Program-made: the position numbers and the translations under genes
Source of the DNA: Candidatus Woesearchaeota archaeon
GTDB taxonomy: Archaea; Nanobdellota; Nanobdellia; SCGC-AAA011-G17; PNOQ01
Direction: 5' to 3'
Length of the DNA: 49,971 nt
Assembly: GCA_018693795.1 (NCBI GenBank)
Contig: JABHMJ010000043.1
Location: 1-49,971, forward strand
Notes under the pieces: generated by a model
What the model was told of the DNA's origin: nothing
What the model saw: the letters and a program-made list of their open reading frames with translations, nothing else
Database searches by the model: none
In this document: positions 10,906 to 20,714 of the stretch, piece by piece
How the letters are laid out: each line of letters starts with the position of its first letter
How positions within the stretch are numbered: position 1 is the stretch's first letter

Positions 10906-10988
10906 ATTTCCTTTTTTTTAAAATTATTTATTCATCCTAGAAGAAAGATGAATTTTGTTAATCAACTCCAAGAAAACCAATAATTTTT

Positions 10989-12017
10989 TTATTTTAATAT
11001 TGTTAATTTCTTTGGTTTTTGTTTTATATCCAATTCTTTAAAATTTATATTGACAAAATATGCTCCAGAAGGTAAATTCCTACCTGAGCTATCTTTTTGA
11101 TTCCAAAAATAGGAATTGCTTTCCCCAATTTCTGCAAAAATATCTTCTGTTCTTAACATTCTTCCTTTTAAATCAGATATAGTTATTCTTGCCTGGCCAT
11201 ATCCTGAATAATCTATGGTAGTCCCAGACTGAGGATTTGATGGGTTGGGATATAAATTAGTTATACCATAATTAACTTGTATTATTTCTCCAGGATTATT
11301 TGGGTCTTCAATGTCTTCAATGGAAACTTGATTATATGCATCAAAGAATTCAGATGGAGGACTTCTAGGGCCTTCATCTCCGTCAAAATCAACACCAGAA
11401 ACATAAATTCTAAACCAATAATTAACTCCGGAGGTAAAACTAACAAAAGCAGATTCACCTGTAGCTTCCTTTATTTTAAATATTTCCCCATAATCTCCAC
11501 TTTCAGGATTATAGTATTCGATATAAACATTATAATATTCAACTTCAGGTCCAGTTTCAGGAGGTCCCCACACATATTGTACTTCATCTTCATCCATCCC
11601 ACTAGGATCAATATAATTCATAGGATTATTAGAAACATAATTGTAAGCATGATTATCTTTTATTGGATCAACAGAAGTAAATCTTCCTAATGAAGAATCA
11701 TAATATCTTGCATTAAAATAATATAAATCAGAATCTAATTCTTTTCCAGTAAAACTAAATCTTTTACCAATTTTCAACGATTGACCAAAGGGTAATGATT
11801 TAGACTCAACATCTGATCCTAAACGATCTTGATAATGATAAGTAATAGTGTCATCATTTTTAGAAGCAACTAACTTAGAACCAGCATAAAAGTAAGTAGT
11901 CTCTCCACCGGGAATAACTTTATCTTTAGTTTCAAAAACTTCAGGTATAGAAATATCTTTTGAATTAACTAAAGGGATAACTAATAAAATTACAAATATC
12001 ACCAAACTTAATTTCAT
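10989..12017 (-). CDS. Secreted mini-RHS protein 1; cargo of FN3-like plus T9SS-type/FlgD Ig-like domain
   Basis: Signal peptide; FTGKELD..LYYFNARYYD..LGRFTSVDP...NNPMNYIDPSG; C-terminal YPNPSNP...DLKGR...WNQKD..G..LPSGAYF. Confidence 0.85.
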   Translation of the reverse strand: MKLSLVIFVILLVIPLVNSKDISIPEVFETKDKVIPGGETTYFYAGSKLVASKNDDTITYHYQDRLGSDVESKSLPFGQSLKIGKRFSFTGKELDSDLYYFNARYYDSSLGRFTSVDPIKDNHAYNYVSNNPMNYIDPSGMDEDEVQYVWGPPETGPEVEYYNVYIEYYNPESGDYGEIFKIKEATGESAFVSFTSGVNYWFRIYVSGVDFDGDEGPRSPPSEFFDAYNQVSIEDIEDPNNPGEIIQVNYGITNLYPNPSNPQSGTTIDYSGYGQARITISDLKGRMLRTEDIFAEIGESNSYFWNQKDSSGRNLPSGAYFVNINFKELDIKQKPKKLTILK

Positions 12018-12110
12018 AATAAATTATATTTCAAATTTAAACTTTTTAAGTATTTCTAATTAAGTCAATAACCAATAATCTTTTAAATAATTAAATTAAA
12101 ATTCTAAACA

Positions 12111-12953
12111 ATGGTAAAGAAAAAAACAGTAAAAAAGAAAGTAATTAAGAAAAAAATTTCTAAACAAAAAACAGATCAAGATATAGCAATGGATTTTGCT
12201 ACTAAAGCTTATAAAAAATTTCAAGAAGCAATTAAATCAATAGTTCTGTTTGGAAGTGTTTCTAAAAAAAGTACAACAAAAGGAAGTGATATAGATATTT
12301 TAGTAATTGTAGATGATTGTTCAATTCAATGGGATCAAGAATTAATTGCTTGGTATAGGGAAGAAATGGGAAAAATAGTTGAAAAACATTCAGAAAGACT
12401 TCACATAAATACCGTTACTCTATCAACATTCTGGGAAGATGTAAGAGAAGGAGAACCGGCAGCAATAAACATAATTAGATACGGACAAACATTAATTGAT
12501 TTTGGAGGATTTTTTGATCCATTAAAATCATTATTAGCAAAAGGAAGAATACGCCCAACTCCAGAAGCAATATTTACGACATTAAGAAGAGCACCGTTAC
12601 ACATTTCTAGAGCAAAATTTGATATCATAAATTCAATAGAACATTTATATTGGGCAATGGTAGATTCTGCACACTCTGCGCTAATGGCTAAAAATCAAAT
12701 TCCGCCATCTCCTGAACATGTGGGAGAAATGTTAGATGAAGTGTTCAATAAAACACTAGATAAAAAATACATTAAATGGTATAACGAAATGTATGCTCTG
12801 GCACATGATATTATTCATGGAAATGTAAAACATTTAACAGGAAAAGACATTGATGTATTAATGGCTAGAACAGTTGAATTTGAAAAGAAATTTAGAGATA
12901 TAACAGCCCAATTAATTCATAAAGAAAAAATAATAAAAGAAGAAATAAATTAA
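12111..12953 (+). CDS. Minimal nucleotidyltransferase fused to a HEPN-like domain
   Basis: LFGS...SDIDILVIVDD followed by helical LYWAMVDSAHSAL...IIHG. Confidence 0.8.
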   Translation: MVKKKTVKKKVIKKKISKQKTDQDIAMDFATKAYKKFQEAIKSIVLFGSVSKKSTTKGSDIDILVIVDDCSIQWDQELIAWYREEMGKIVEKHSERLHINTVTLSTFWEDVREGEPAAINIIRYGQTLIDFGGFFDPLKSLLAKGRIRPTPEAIFTTLRRAPLHISRAKFDIINSIEHLYWAMVDSAHSALMAKNQIPPSPEHVGEMLDEVFNKTLDKKYIKWYNEMYALAHDIIHGNVKHLTGKDIDVLMARTVEFEKKFRDITAQLIHKEKIIKEEIN

Positions 12954-12955
12954 AA

Positions 12956-13696
12956 TTAATTATTTGCTTGTAAAGCACTATAAGCTACTGCCTTTGCTGC
13001 TTTAGATACATTCTGTAGATTTGTATAACTTCCTTCGCCATCTACTTCATAAGCATTTTCGACTAAGTTCCATGCATAATGTTTTGTTTTATCCACATCT
13101 AACTTATCTTTCTTTTCGCCTGTAGCAATTTCTTGAACAAATGAAAATTGTCTTGCAGGTATAACGGTTTCATCATATAATCTTGCAATTTCTTCAGAAC
13201 TTAAAACGCCCTGAACACTTACCATATAATCATTTGCAATGTCACCAACTAAAGCACCAATATTTTGTGTTGATAAATTAGTTTGAGCTTGTGCATAAGA
13301 TAAATGTGCTTTGTTCACTGATTCATATTTATCAGTTTCAATAGCAGGCATGTTCATTAAAAAACCAAATCCTGCTTCTAAACTAGAGCCCCACGAAGGT
13401 GCGATAGTTCCATTTAAAAGATCATCTAAATTATCAAAAGTATTATCTACAAAAGGGACTATTTCTTCATCAGGATTACCTGTGAATAATATTGTGTTTT
13501 CTTTATCGGATAACAAATGTCCAACTTTTGGTGCATTCCAATTATAAACTTCTTGTGTTGGTCTATTAAACAAAGCAACACTAGCCATATCTCTTGTTTC
13601 TTGAGTATCTGGATTTTCTGCAAATCTTCGAGATGCTTCATCTAAATATCGCAGTTTTCCTGCTTCTTCCTTATATTTTTCGAAATTAAATGTCAT
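12956..13696 (-). CDS. Hypothetical protein
   Basis: 246-aa ORF with upstream TATA and GGGG SD-like element; no family recognised. Confidence 0.7.
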   Translation of the reverse strand: MTFNFEKYKEEAGKLRYLDEASRRFAENPDTQETRDMASVALFNRPTQEVYNWNAPKVGHLLSDKENTILFTGNPDEEIVPFVDNTFDNLDDLLNGTIAPSWGSSLEAGFGFLMNMPAIETDKYESVNKAHLSYAQAQTNLSTQNIGALVGDIANDYMVSVQGVLSSEEIARLYDETVIPARQFSFVQEIATGEKKDKLDVDKTKHYAWNLVENAYEVDGEGSYTNLQNVSKAAKAVAYSALQANN

Positions 13697-13753
13697 ATTA
13701 TTTACCCCATAATTTTATTACTTTACAAGAGTAACACCCATATATAAAGCTTT

Positions 13754-13993
13754 CTATTCAGGTTTATTTATTAAATAATCCTGTTCCCTTCTATCTAGTT
13801 CACAAACAATTTCCTGGATATAAGTGCCGACTATAGAATATCTATCTGTGTCTATAAATTGGGCAAGCGGATAATCCCTTGGAAAAGGAGAATTTTTGTT
13901 TAATGTACCATCATTGATATCTGTATGAACAATACACATAGCCTTAACTAACCCGCCCAGGCCCATATCTTTAATATTTTTCTCTATATCCAT
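13754..13993 (-). CDS. Hypothetical protein (start revised to MDIEKN)
   Basis: TATA-like TTTTAAATA about 30 nt upstream of the ATG at 13993; the longer start overlaps the upstream microprotein. Confidence 0.55.
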   Translation of the reverse strand: MDIEKNIKDMGLGGLVKAMCIVHTDINDGTLNKNSPFPRDYPLAQFIDTDRYSIVGTYIQEIVCELDRREQDYLINKPE

Positions 13994-14034
13994 TTTAATT
14001 AAATAAGCGACCCAATAATAGTATTTAAAATTAA

Positions 14035-14163
14035 TCATTCAGGTTTTTCAGCACGAAAACCACATTTTTTACAATATTTTACTAGAAATAATCCATCCTC
14101 AAACCTATGTTGTCCTTCATGCAATGCATCTCCACATTCTGGGCAATTATGTTTTTCTTTCAT
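14035..14163 (-). CDS. 42-aa zinc-finger microprotein (CPECG...CKKCG), absent from the ORF track
   Basis: MKEKHNCPECGDALHEGQHRFEDGLFLVKYCKKCGFRAEKPE; ATGA overlap with the ppsA stop. Confidence 0.75.
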   Translation of the reverse strand: MKEKHNCPECGDALHEGQHRFEDGLFLVKYCKKCGFRAEKPE

Positions 14164-16481
14164 CCTCTGGCCACATCCAACAACATTTTTTTCTCTTTCT
14201 CTGCAACAGCATGTCTCACTTTCCCAACAGCATCAATATTAACCGCTATAGAATCGATCCCCTTTTCAACTAAAAATCTAGCCATATCAGGATCAGATCC
14301 TGCTTGACCACACAAACTAGATTCAACTTTATATCTTTTACAAATTTTAATAACTTGGGAAATTTCTTTCAAAACAGCAGGATGCATCGCATTATATAAT
14401 TTTTGAATTTTAGCATTATTTCTGTCAACAGCTAAAGTAAATTGAGTTAAATCATTTGAACCAATTGAAGCAAAATTTATGCCTTCTTGACAAAATTCTT
14501 CAATCATTTGAACAGATGCAGGAGTTTCAACCATTATTCCAAATTCGATATCTTCCATCTCTAATTCTTTTAATACTGCTTTAACCAATTTTATTTGTTC
14601 AACATGGCTAACTAATGGGATCATCAATCCTAACTTATCGAAACCTTTTGAACGCACTTTTTTTATGGCCTCTAATTGTGCCCTAAGTAATTCGGGCTGA
14701 TCTAAATCTCTCCTTATAGATCTCCAGCCCATCATGGGATTATCCTCTTTAGGTTCATCTTCTCCCCCAGACAAATGTCTAAATTCATCTGTAGGAGCAT
14801 CTAAAGTTCTATACCAAACTCTTTTTTCTTTAAATGGTGTAACTATTTTTGTTAAATCTTCTTCTAATCTATTAACTAATTCTTCTTTTCTTCCCTCATT
14901 AATTAATTTAACAGGATGTTCCTTTTGGCCCAAAATCATAAACTCTGCCCTTAATAATCCAATTCCATCCGCATCAGTATTTGCTGCCTTTTCAGCCAAA
15001 TCTGGCATATCTACAATAACTTTTATTTCAGTAGCAGTATGTTCATGTTGGTATTTAACAATCTCTTCAGAGCTAACATCATCTTTGGAAGCTTCAATTT
15101 TTTTATCTCCAGAATAAATTTTTCCATTAGTCCCATCAACAGTAATTTCTTGTCCTTCTTTCAAAACTTCAGTTGCTTTCTGAGTTCCAACAACAGAAGG
15201 AATTCCCATTTCTCTAGAAACAATTGCAGCATGACAAGTAGCTCCCCCCTCATCAGTAACAATTGCACTAGCTTTTTGCATAGCAGAAACATAATCAGGG
15301 TTAGTCATTTTAGCAACTAACACATCTCCTTCAGTAATTTTACTTAATTCATCTGCATTATTAATTATCTTAACTTTTCCTTTTCCAACACCTGGAGAGG
15401 CAGAAATTCCATTTAAAATTTCTTTTCCATCAATTTCTTCAACTTTTTTAGAAACAGCTTCAGAAACTTTAGCTTGTGTTGTTATAGCTCTTGTTTGAAC
15501 CATAAAAACTTTATTTCCAGCAATAGCAAATTCCATATCTTGAGGATTATTATAATAGTCTTCTGATTTTTTAGCTAACTTTGCAATTTGTATAATTTCA
15601 CTTTCATTCAAAACTTGCATATTAGCTTTTTCATGACACAAAATTCTTTTATTTGTTCTTCCAGTATTGGGATCTCTATAAAACATAAATTCTTTATTAT
15701 TGATAGTTTTATTTTTTATTTCAAAAGTATGTTTATCAACAACATAATTATCTGGAGAAATAGCACCAGAAACTACAGAATCACCAAATCCAAATCCAGC
15801 TTCAATTATAATCTCATCTTCATTGTTTGTAGCCGGATTAATACTAAACATTACTCCAGCTTTTTCAGAATCCACCATTCTTTGAACGACAACAGCAATG
15901 AAAACTTTATTATGATCAAAATTATTTTTTTCTCTATAATAAATTGCTCTTGCAGTATATAACGAAGCCCAACATTGATGAACTGCTTGAGAAACATGAT
16001 CAGATTTTTTCACATTCAAATAAGTTGCTTGTTGTCCAGCAAAAGAAAATTCTGGTAAATCCTCTGCAGTTGCACTTGAACGGACAGCCACAAAAGGATT
16101 ATCTCTTCCAGTTTGAATAAAATCTAAAGCTTGTTTAGAAACATTTGCTAAATCTAAACTAACATTCATATTTTCATAAGCTTTTTTTATATCACTCGCA
16201 ATTTCAGCAGACATTTCTGTTTTTAAAATCAAATCTTGAATTTTTTTTGAGGCACTTTGTAATTGATCATTATTTTCTACATCCGTATTTCTTAATATTT
16301 CTCCAATGTGAGATTGAATTCCAGTTTGTTCTAAAAATAATTTATATGCTTGTGCTGTTACAACAAATCCATTTGGAATAGGAAACTGAGCATTAAACAT
16401 CTCTCCTAAATTAGCGCCTTTTCCACCAACTTTTCCCACATCTTCTTTAGAAATATCTTTAAACCAAATAATATTAGTCAT
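14160..16481 (-). CDS. ppsA: Phosphoenolpyruvate synthase
   Basis: VGGKGANLGE, AVRSSATAED...FAGQQ, GGATCHAAIVSRE, SIGSNDLTQ. Confidence 0.95.
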   Translation of the reverse strand: MTNIIWFKDISKEDVGKVGGKGANLGEMFNAQFPIPNGFVVTAQAYKLFLEQTGIQSHIGEILRNTDVENNDQLQSASKKIQDLILKTEMSAEIASDIKKAYENMNVSLDLANVSKQALDFIQTGRDNPFVAVRSSATAEDLPEFSFAGQQATYLNVKKSDHVSQAVHQCWASLYTARAIYYREKNNFDHNKVFIAVVVQRMVDSEKAGVMFSINPATNNEDEIIIEAGFGFGDSVVSGAISPDNYVVDKHTFEIKNKTINNKEFMFYRDPNTGRTNKRILCHEKANMQVLNESEIIQIAKLAKKSEDYYNNPQDMEFAIAGNKVFMVQTRAITTQAKVSEAVSKKVEEIDGKEILNGISASPGVGKGKVKIINNADELSKITEGDVLVAKMTNPDYVSAMQKASAIVTDEGGATCHAAIVSREMGIPSVVGTQKATEVLKEGQEITVDGTNGKIYSGDKKIEASKDDVSSEEIVKYQHEHTATEIKVIVDMPDLAEKAANTDADGIGLLRAEFMILGQKEHPVKLINEGRKEELVNRLEEDLTKIVTPFKEKRVWYRTLDAPTDEFRHLSGGEDEPKEDNPMMGWRSIRRDLDQPELLRAQLEAIKKVRSKGFDKLGLMIPLVSHVEQIKLVKAVLKELEMEDIEFGIMVETPASVQMIEEFCQEGINFASIGSNDLTQFTLAVDRNNAKIQKLYNAMHPAVLKEISQVIKICKRYKVESSLCGQAGSDPDMARFLVEKGIDSIAVNIDAVGKVRHAVAEKEKKMLLDVARG

Positions 16482-16538
16482 ATCATAAACACCTCTTAAT
16501 AAGAATATAACTGTAATAGTTTTATAAACTTTTTGTTG

Positions 16539-17021
16539 TTATAAAGTTCCTCTTTTTAACAATTCAGTAATAGTTTCTGGGGCATGCATAACTCCAATCT
16601 TTCTATCAGCAACTTTCAACCCTTTTCCATCCCTACATGGGACATTATACAATGTTGGAAATTCATCACTAGGATTTTTAAAAACTTGCAAAGCCTGCTT
16701 TAAAATATCTCTAACTGTAAATGTATATACATGAGTTAAATTTTCGGCAGTTCCTCTTAATGGCATTTGAACTTCTAATGAATCTGAAAAAAATATGTTT
16801 GGCATATCACTTCTTCCAACAATATATGAATTTCTTTTTTCTTCATCACTTTTTCCAATAAGGTTTGCAGCACTAGAAAAATCAAAATATCCATATTGAT
16901 TTATAGACATATACGCCATAGGCTCCACAGGTGTAATAAATCCAGTTTTTTCTATTTCTGCAGCCTCATTACTAGTAACAATATGATACAATGTTTTATT
17001 AGTTAATATTTGATTTCCCAT
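16539..17021 (-). CDS. Hypothetical protein
   Basis: 160-aa ORF with upstream TATA; N-terminal LYH...I..TG is weakly ART-like. Confidence 0.6.
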   Translation of the reverse strand: MGNQILTNKTLYHIVTSNEAAEIEKTGFITPVEPMAYMSINQYGYFDFSSAANLIGKSDEEKRNSYIVGRSDMPNIFFSDSLEVQMPLRGTAENLTHVYTFTVRDILKQALQVFKNPSDEFPTLYNVPCRDGKGLKVADRKIGVMHAPETITELLKRGTL

Positions 17022-17091
17022 TTTTCAATAATTTATCAAAAATAAAGTAATTTATAAGTCTTTCTATTAAGTAACTACTTGCAAAAAGTAA

Positions 17092-17607
17092 CTAAATTAT
17101 CTCAATTGTTGTTCTACCAGGAATTCTAGTCTTAGTTTTCATTAACATTTCCCTAGCAAAATTGGCACCATCTTCTGAAACCTCGGCAGTAAAAATAGTA
17201 GTTCCATTCTTTACTTGGGCTGCCATGCCTTCGACTTTACCGAAAGATTGTTTCATACCTGTCTGCATTCTATCAGCCCCAGCACCCGAAAGCATTTTAT
17301 TGTTTCTCAAAATATGATGTGGATAAATATTAATATAAAAATGATAACCTTTATTTCCAAATTTGTTTTGTAATTGTCTATTAACCAAAATTCTACATGA
17401 TTCTAAGGCGTTATGTCTAATTTGAAATTTTTCTGTAGCAATAAGTTTTACAGTTTTAGGAAAATCTTTCTTTAAATCTCCCATATGAAATCTAACAATT
17501 TTAGAAGTTGGGATTGCTTTAATAAAACCCTTTCTCTTATATTTTGACTTTCTAGTATAAGCTCTTACAACTTTTCTATATGCACATGCTTTTCTTAATG
17601 TTGCCAT
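17092..17607 (-). CDS. rpl10e: 50S ribosomal protein uL16 (L10e)
   Basis: QIRHNALESCR, YPHHILR.NKMLSGAGADRMQTGM..SFGK. Confidence 0.95.
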   Translation of the reverse strand: MATLRKACAYRKVVRAYTRKSKYKRKGFIKAIPTSKIVRFHMGDLKKDFPKTVKLIATEKFQIRHNALESCRILVNRQLQNKFGNKGYHFYINIYPHHILRNNKMLSGAGADRMQTGMKQSFGKVEGMAAQVKNGTTIFTAEVSEDGANFAREMLMKTKTRIPGRTTIEII

Positions 17608-17609
17608 TT

Positions 17610-17867
17610 TTATTCAATTTTTACCTTAGTTCCAATAGCTTGGCCAGGTAATCCTCTTTCAAATTTAACTCTTAAAGCCCCATTATTGCCATGTTCAGCC
17701 AAAACAGTACCTTTTATCTCTTTTCCAGTTTGTGTAACCCATGTTAAAGATTTGTTCAATAATTCAGAAGCTTTTTCTCTATTATCAACGCCATCTACCT
17801 TTATAATCATTTGATTGGTATTTTGGGTTTTATGGCTTCCCCGATAATTCATAATTATGCCTTCCAT
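17610..17867 (-). CDS. rpl35ae: 50S ribosomal protein eL33 (L35Ae)
   Basis: NYRGS..TQ...QMII, HGNNGALRVKFERGLPGQAIG. Confidence 0.93.
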   Translation of the reverse strand: MEGIIMNYRGSHKTQNTNQMIIKVDGVDNREKASELLNKSLTWVTQTGKEIKGTVLAEHGNNGALRVKFERGLPGQAIGTKVKIE

Positions 17868-17908
17868 AGTTATATCTGCACTAAATGTTGGTTTATAAAC
17901 TTTTCGGC

Positions 17909-19678
17909 CTAAAAAACTATCTCTATATTCTTTCCAATTATTTTCTTAAGATCTTCAAACAAAATTTCTTTTACTGATAAAACTTTAGGAATTTCAGTAT
18001 TAACCAAAACTTTATCCATTTCAATCAAATCACTATTTTGAACATTAACTAAATGTCCTTTTTTATTGATATCAACTTTAACTATTTTTTTAGCTTTCGC
18101 TTGAACATCTTTAACAATAAACGCAACATCTTTCAATAATAATATTTCTCCAAACTTGCCACCATGTTTGAATTTAACTTTGGCTCTCTCAACGCCCATA
18201 AATTTCTTACGTTGAATATGGTCTTCTAAAACTCTCATAAATGTTCTAACTTCTCTCTTAATTTTATCAGACTCAGCTTTAGTCAATTTTTTAGCTTTAA
18301 AATCTTTATATGATTTATTGAAAGATTTTAATTCACTAACCAATTTTTCAGGAATTCCTTCTTTCATACAATATTTCTTAAATCCTAATTCTAATGAAGT
18401 AGATTTAATTCCAGAATCAACCAATAAATCTTGAATCATAGCTGTTATTTCTTTATTTACTTGATCAAAACTCTCTTTTTCTTTTTTACCAACAATTTGA
18501 ACAAATAATTTATTAATTCTCTTCAAAAAATCTTCACTATCTGCGATTAATTTATCAACTTCAGCACCAGTAACTTCTTTTACTTTACCATGTTCAATTT
18601 TTTTAAAGAAAATTCTCACTCTTTCTAAAGTATCCACATATTTTTGCTCTAAAATCTTCTCTTTTTTAACAAAAACTTCTTCTAATAATCTTGAAGTTTC
18701 TTTAGGAGTTGGTGGGCTTAATCCATATAACATTAAAGCTGCCTGGGCAGGATTTATCACAGCATAAAAAATATCTTGTCCAGCAATCATTAACATTTTT
18801 CTCTTAGCAGCATCTAATAATCTATGTCCAGTATCCATAAACATATCAATTGCTTCTGGAGAAGGTTTTATTCTCCCCATTTTTAATAATAATCTCCAAG
18901 GGTTAAAAACTCCTTTATCATAAAGGGGAACTCCATCTCTTAACAAAGTGAATATAACTGGATGTGCATCTTTTATAGACTCCCAAAAATCAGTTAAAAT
19001 ATAAACTTGTACATGGAACTGTTTTTTTATTCCAGTAATTTGTTCAGCATGAAAACCTTGTTCAACAATCAATCCACGTAATTTATCTCTTAATTCTGCT
19101 CGAGACATTCTTTTTACATCAGTGTCATCAATAATAACATAAACATCAATATCATGAGAAGGTTCTCCTCTAAAAATAGAACCTGCAGCAACATAACTTA
19201 CAACATATTTCTCAAATTTCTTAATAGTCATAGATTTATGAACTTCAGAAATTTTCAATGCACCTAAAAAGTCCATGGGATCATATATAATGGCAGACAT
19301 AGCAATTAATTGTAATAATTCATATTTAGCATCATACATAGATTCTTTTATCTCTGAAACCAACATAGCTTCAATAACTATTTTTTCATCAGTTTTCTTA
19401 GCTAATTCAATCAACTCAGGAAAAACTTTATCCTTCATTTTGTAATCCGGAATAATTTTTGATTTTGAATCATCTAAAGCAACAAAAACATTAAATTTAT
19501 CTTTTTCATCTTTCTTTGGAGGCAATAAACACATCCCCAAAATATGTTTTTTATTTTCTTTCAAAGCCTTTTTTTGAAATTTGTCTAGAATTAACTTTAT
19601 TTCTTCTTGCTTTTTCTCCATTTCTTTTATTTGTTCTGGAGTAAAACTAGGCATCTGAGGAGTAATTGGTTGTTCCAT
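17909..19678 (-). CDS. Tandem nucleotidyltransferase (degenerate plus intact)-HEPN-like protein
   Basis: AAGSIFRGEPSHDIDVYVIIDD; GRIKPSPEAI linker shared with 12111; FYAVINPAQAAL...IEHG. Confidence 0.75.
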   Translation of the reverse strand: MEQPITPQMPSFTPEQIKEMEKKQEEIKLILDKFQKKALKENKKHILGMCLLPPKKDEKDKFNVFVALDDSKSKIIPDYKMKDKVFPELIELAKKTDEKIVIEAMLVSEIKESMYDAKYELLQLIAMSAIIYDPMDFLGALKISEVHKSMTIKKFEKYVVSYVAAGSIFRGEPSHDIDVYVIIDDTDVKRMSRAELRDKLRGLIVEQGFHAEQITGIKKQFHVQVYILTDFWESIKDAHPVIFTLLRDGVPLYDKGVFNPWRLLLKMGRIKPSPEAIDMFMDTGHRLLDAAKRKMLMIAGQDIFYAVINPAQAALMLYGLSPPTPKETSRLLEEVFVKKEKILEQKYVDTLERVRIFFKKIEHGKVKEVTGAEVDKLIADSEDFLKRINKLFVQIVGKKEKESFDQVNKEITAMIQDLLVDSGIKSTSLELGFKKYCMKEGIPEKLVSELKSFNKSYKDFKAKKLTKAESDKIKREVRTFMRVLEDHIQRKKFMGVERAKVKFKHGGKFGEILLLKDVAFIVKDVQAKAKKIVKVDINKKGHLVNVQNSDLIEMDKVLVNTEIPKVLSVKEILFEDLKKIIGKNIEIVF

Positions 19679-19770
19679 ATTTCTTTTAAATGCCTTTATT
19701 ATTTTTATAAAGCTTTCGTTTACTTAAATCAAAACCTTTTTAAAACAAAATCAAACCTAAATTGTTATAT

Positions 19771-19844
19771 GGGCTCGTGGCGTAGTCTGGTAGCGCAACT
19801 CGTTTACACCGAGTAGGTCCCCAGTTCAAATCTGGGCGGGCCCA
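19771..19844 (+). tRNA. tRNA-Val(TAC), CCA not encoded
   Basis: GGGCTCG/CGGGCCC acceptor stem, ACTCG-TTTACAC-CGAGT anticodon arm, CCCAG-TTCAAAT-CTGGG T arm. Confidence 0.95.
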
Positions 19845-19854
19845 TTATCTCAAA

Positions 19855-20058
19855 ATGGCAGAAATAAGAATAATAGATGCAAGTGAAATTGTAAAACCTT
19901 CTACTAGACCAAACAATCTAAGATTAACATATTACAAATTATATGGGACAACAGATGTACATTATTCTCCTTATGGCACAAATAGATCAAGACCTTCTCC
20001 AGCAGAAATAGGTAAACTAGAATCAAAACTAGTAATGGAAGAATTCGATAATCTTTAA
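19855..20058 (+). CDS. Small hypothetical protein
   Basis: 67-aa ORF directly after the tRNA. Confidence 0.45.
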   Translation: MAEIRIIDASEIVKPSTRPNNLRLTYYKLYGTTDVHYSPYGTNRSRPSPAEIGKLESKLVMEEFDNL

Positions 20059-20714
20059 ACTTTTATTTTCATAAATTCATTCTTAGCTAAATTAAATCTT
20101 AATAAATTCTTTTCAAACTTTTCACCAGTTAAAATTTTTATAGCTTCGTTTGCTTGTACAGAAGCTATCAAAGAAGTAATAGTATTCAAAACTCCAACAA
20201 CTTTACATCTTTCAAAAGTTGGGGCATTATTAAATATATCTCTAACTGTTTTTCCTTTTGGAACTTGATTAAACACATATCCTTCTAATCTAATAGCAGA
20301 ACCAAAAACTAAAGGAATTTTTTTACAATAATCACTAACAGGATAGCTTGCTTCAAAATTATCAGCACAATCTAAAACCAAATCAGATTTTAAAAGATCT
20401 AAATTAGTTTCATCTATGGCATCTTTAATATCAATTATTTCAACTTCAGAATTAACTTTTTCAAGATATTTTTTAGCAACTTTTACTTTATATTTTCCCA
20501 CATCTTTTTCAGTATAGATATGTTGTCTTTGTAAATTATCTAAGTTTACAGTATCATAATCAATAATTTTTATTTTACCAACACCAGATCTTGTTAAAAG
20601 ATCAGCACATAAACTCCCTAATGCTCCCACTCCAACTATAGTAACAAAAGAATTTTCTAACTTTTTTTGAGATTTTTTTCCAATGGTTATTATTTGCCTA
20701 TTGTATCTATCCAT
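20055..20714 (-). CDS. ThiF/MoeB/UbaA E1-like adenylyltransferase
   Basis: RYNRQ, VGVGALGS, D.DTV.LDNLQRQ, DCADN; putative catalytic Cys in ERCKVVGV. Confidence 0.9.
   Translation of the reverse strand: MDRYNRQIITIGKKSQKKLENSFVTIVGVGALGSLCADLLTRSGVGKIKIIDYDTVNLDNLQRQHIYTEKDVGKYKVKVAKKYLEKVNSEVEIIDIKDAIDETNLDLLKSDLVLDCADNFEASYPVSDYCKKIPLVFGSAIRLEGYVFNQVPKGKTVRDIFNNAPTFERCKVVGVLNTITSLIASVQANEAIKILTGEKFEKNLLRFNLAKNEFMKIKV

Noticed and set aside
14107..15962. Plus-strand ORFs within ppsA
   Set aside because: Antisense shadows.
19607..19816. 69-aa ORF
   Set aside because: Overlaps tRNA-Val and the start of the opposite-strand gene.
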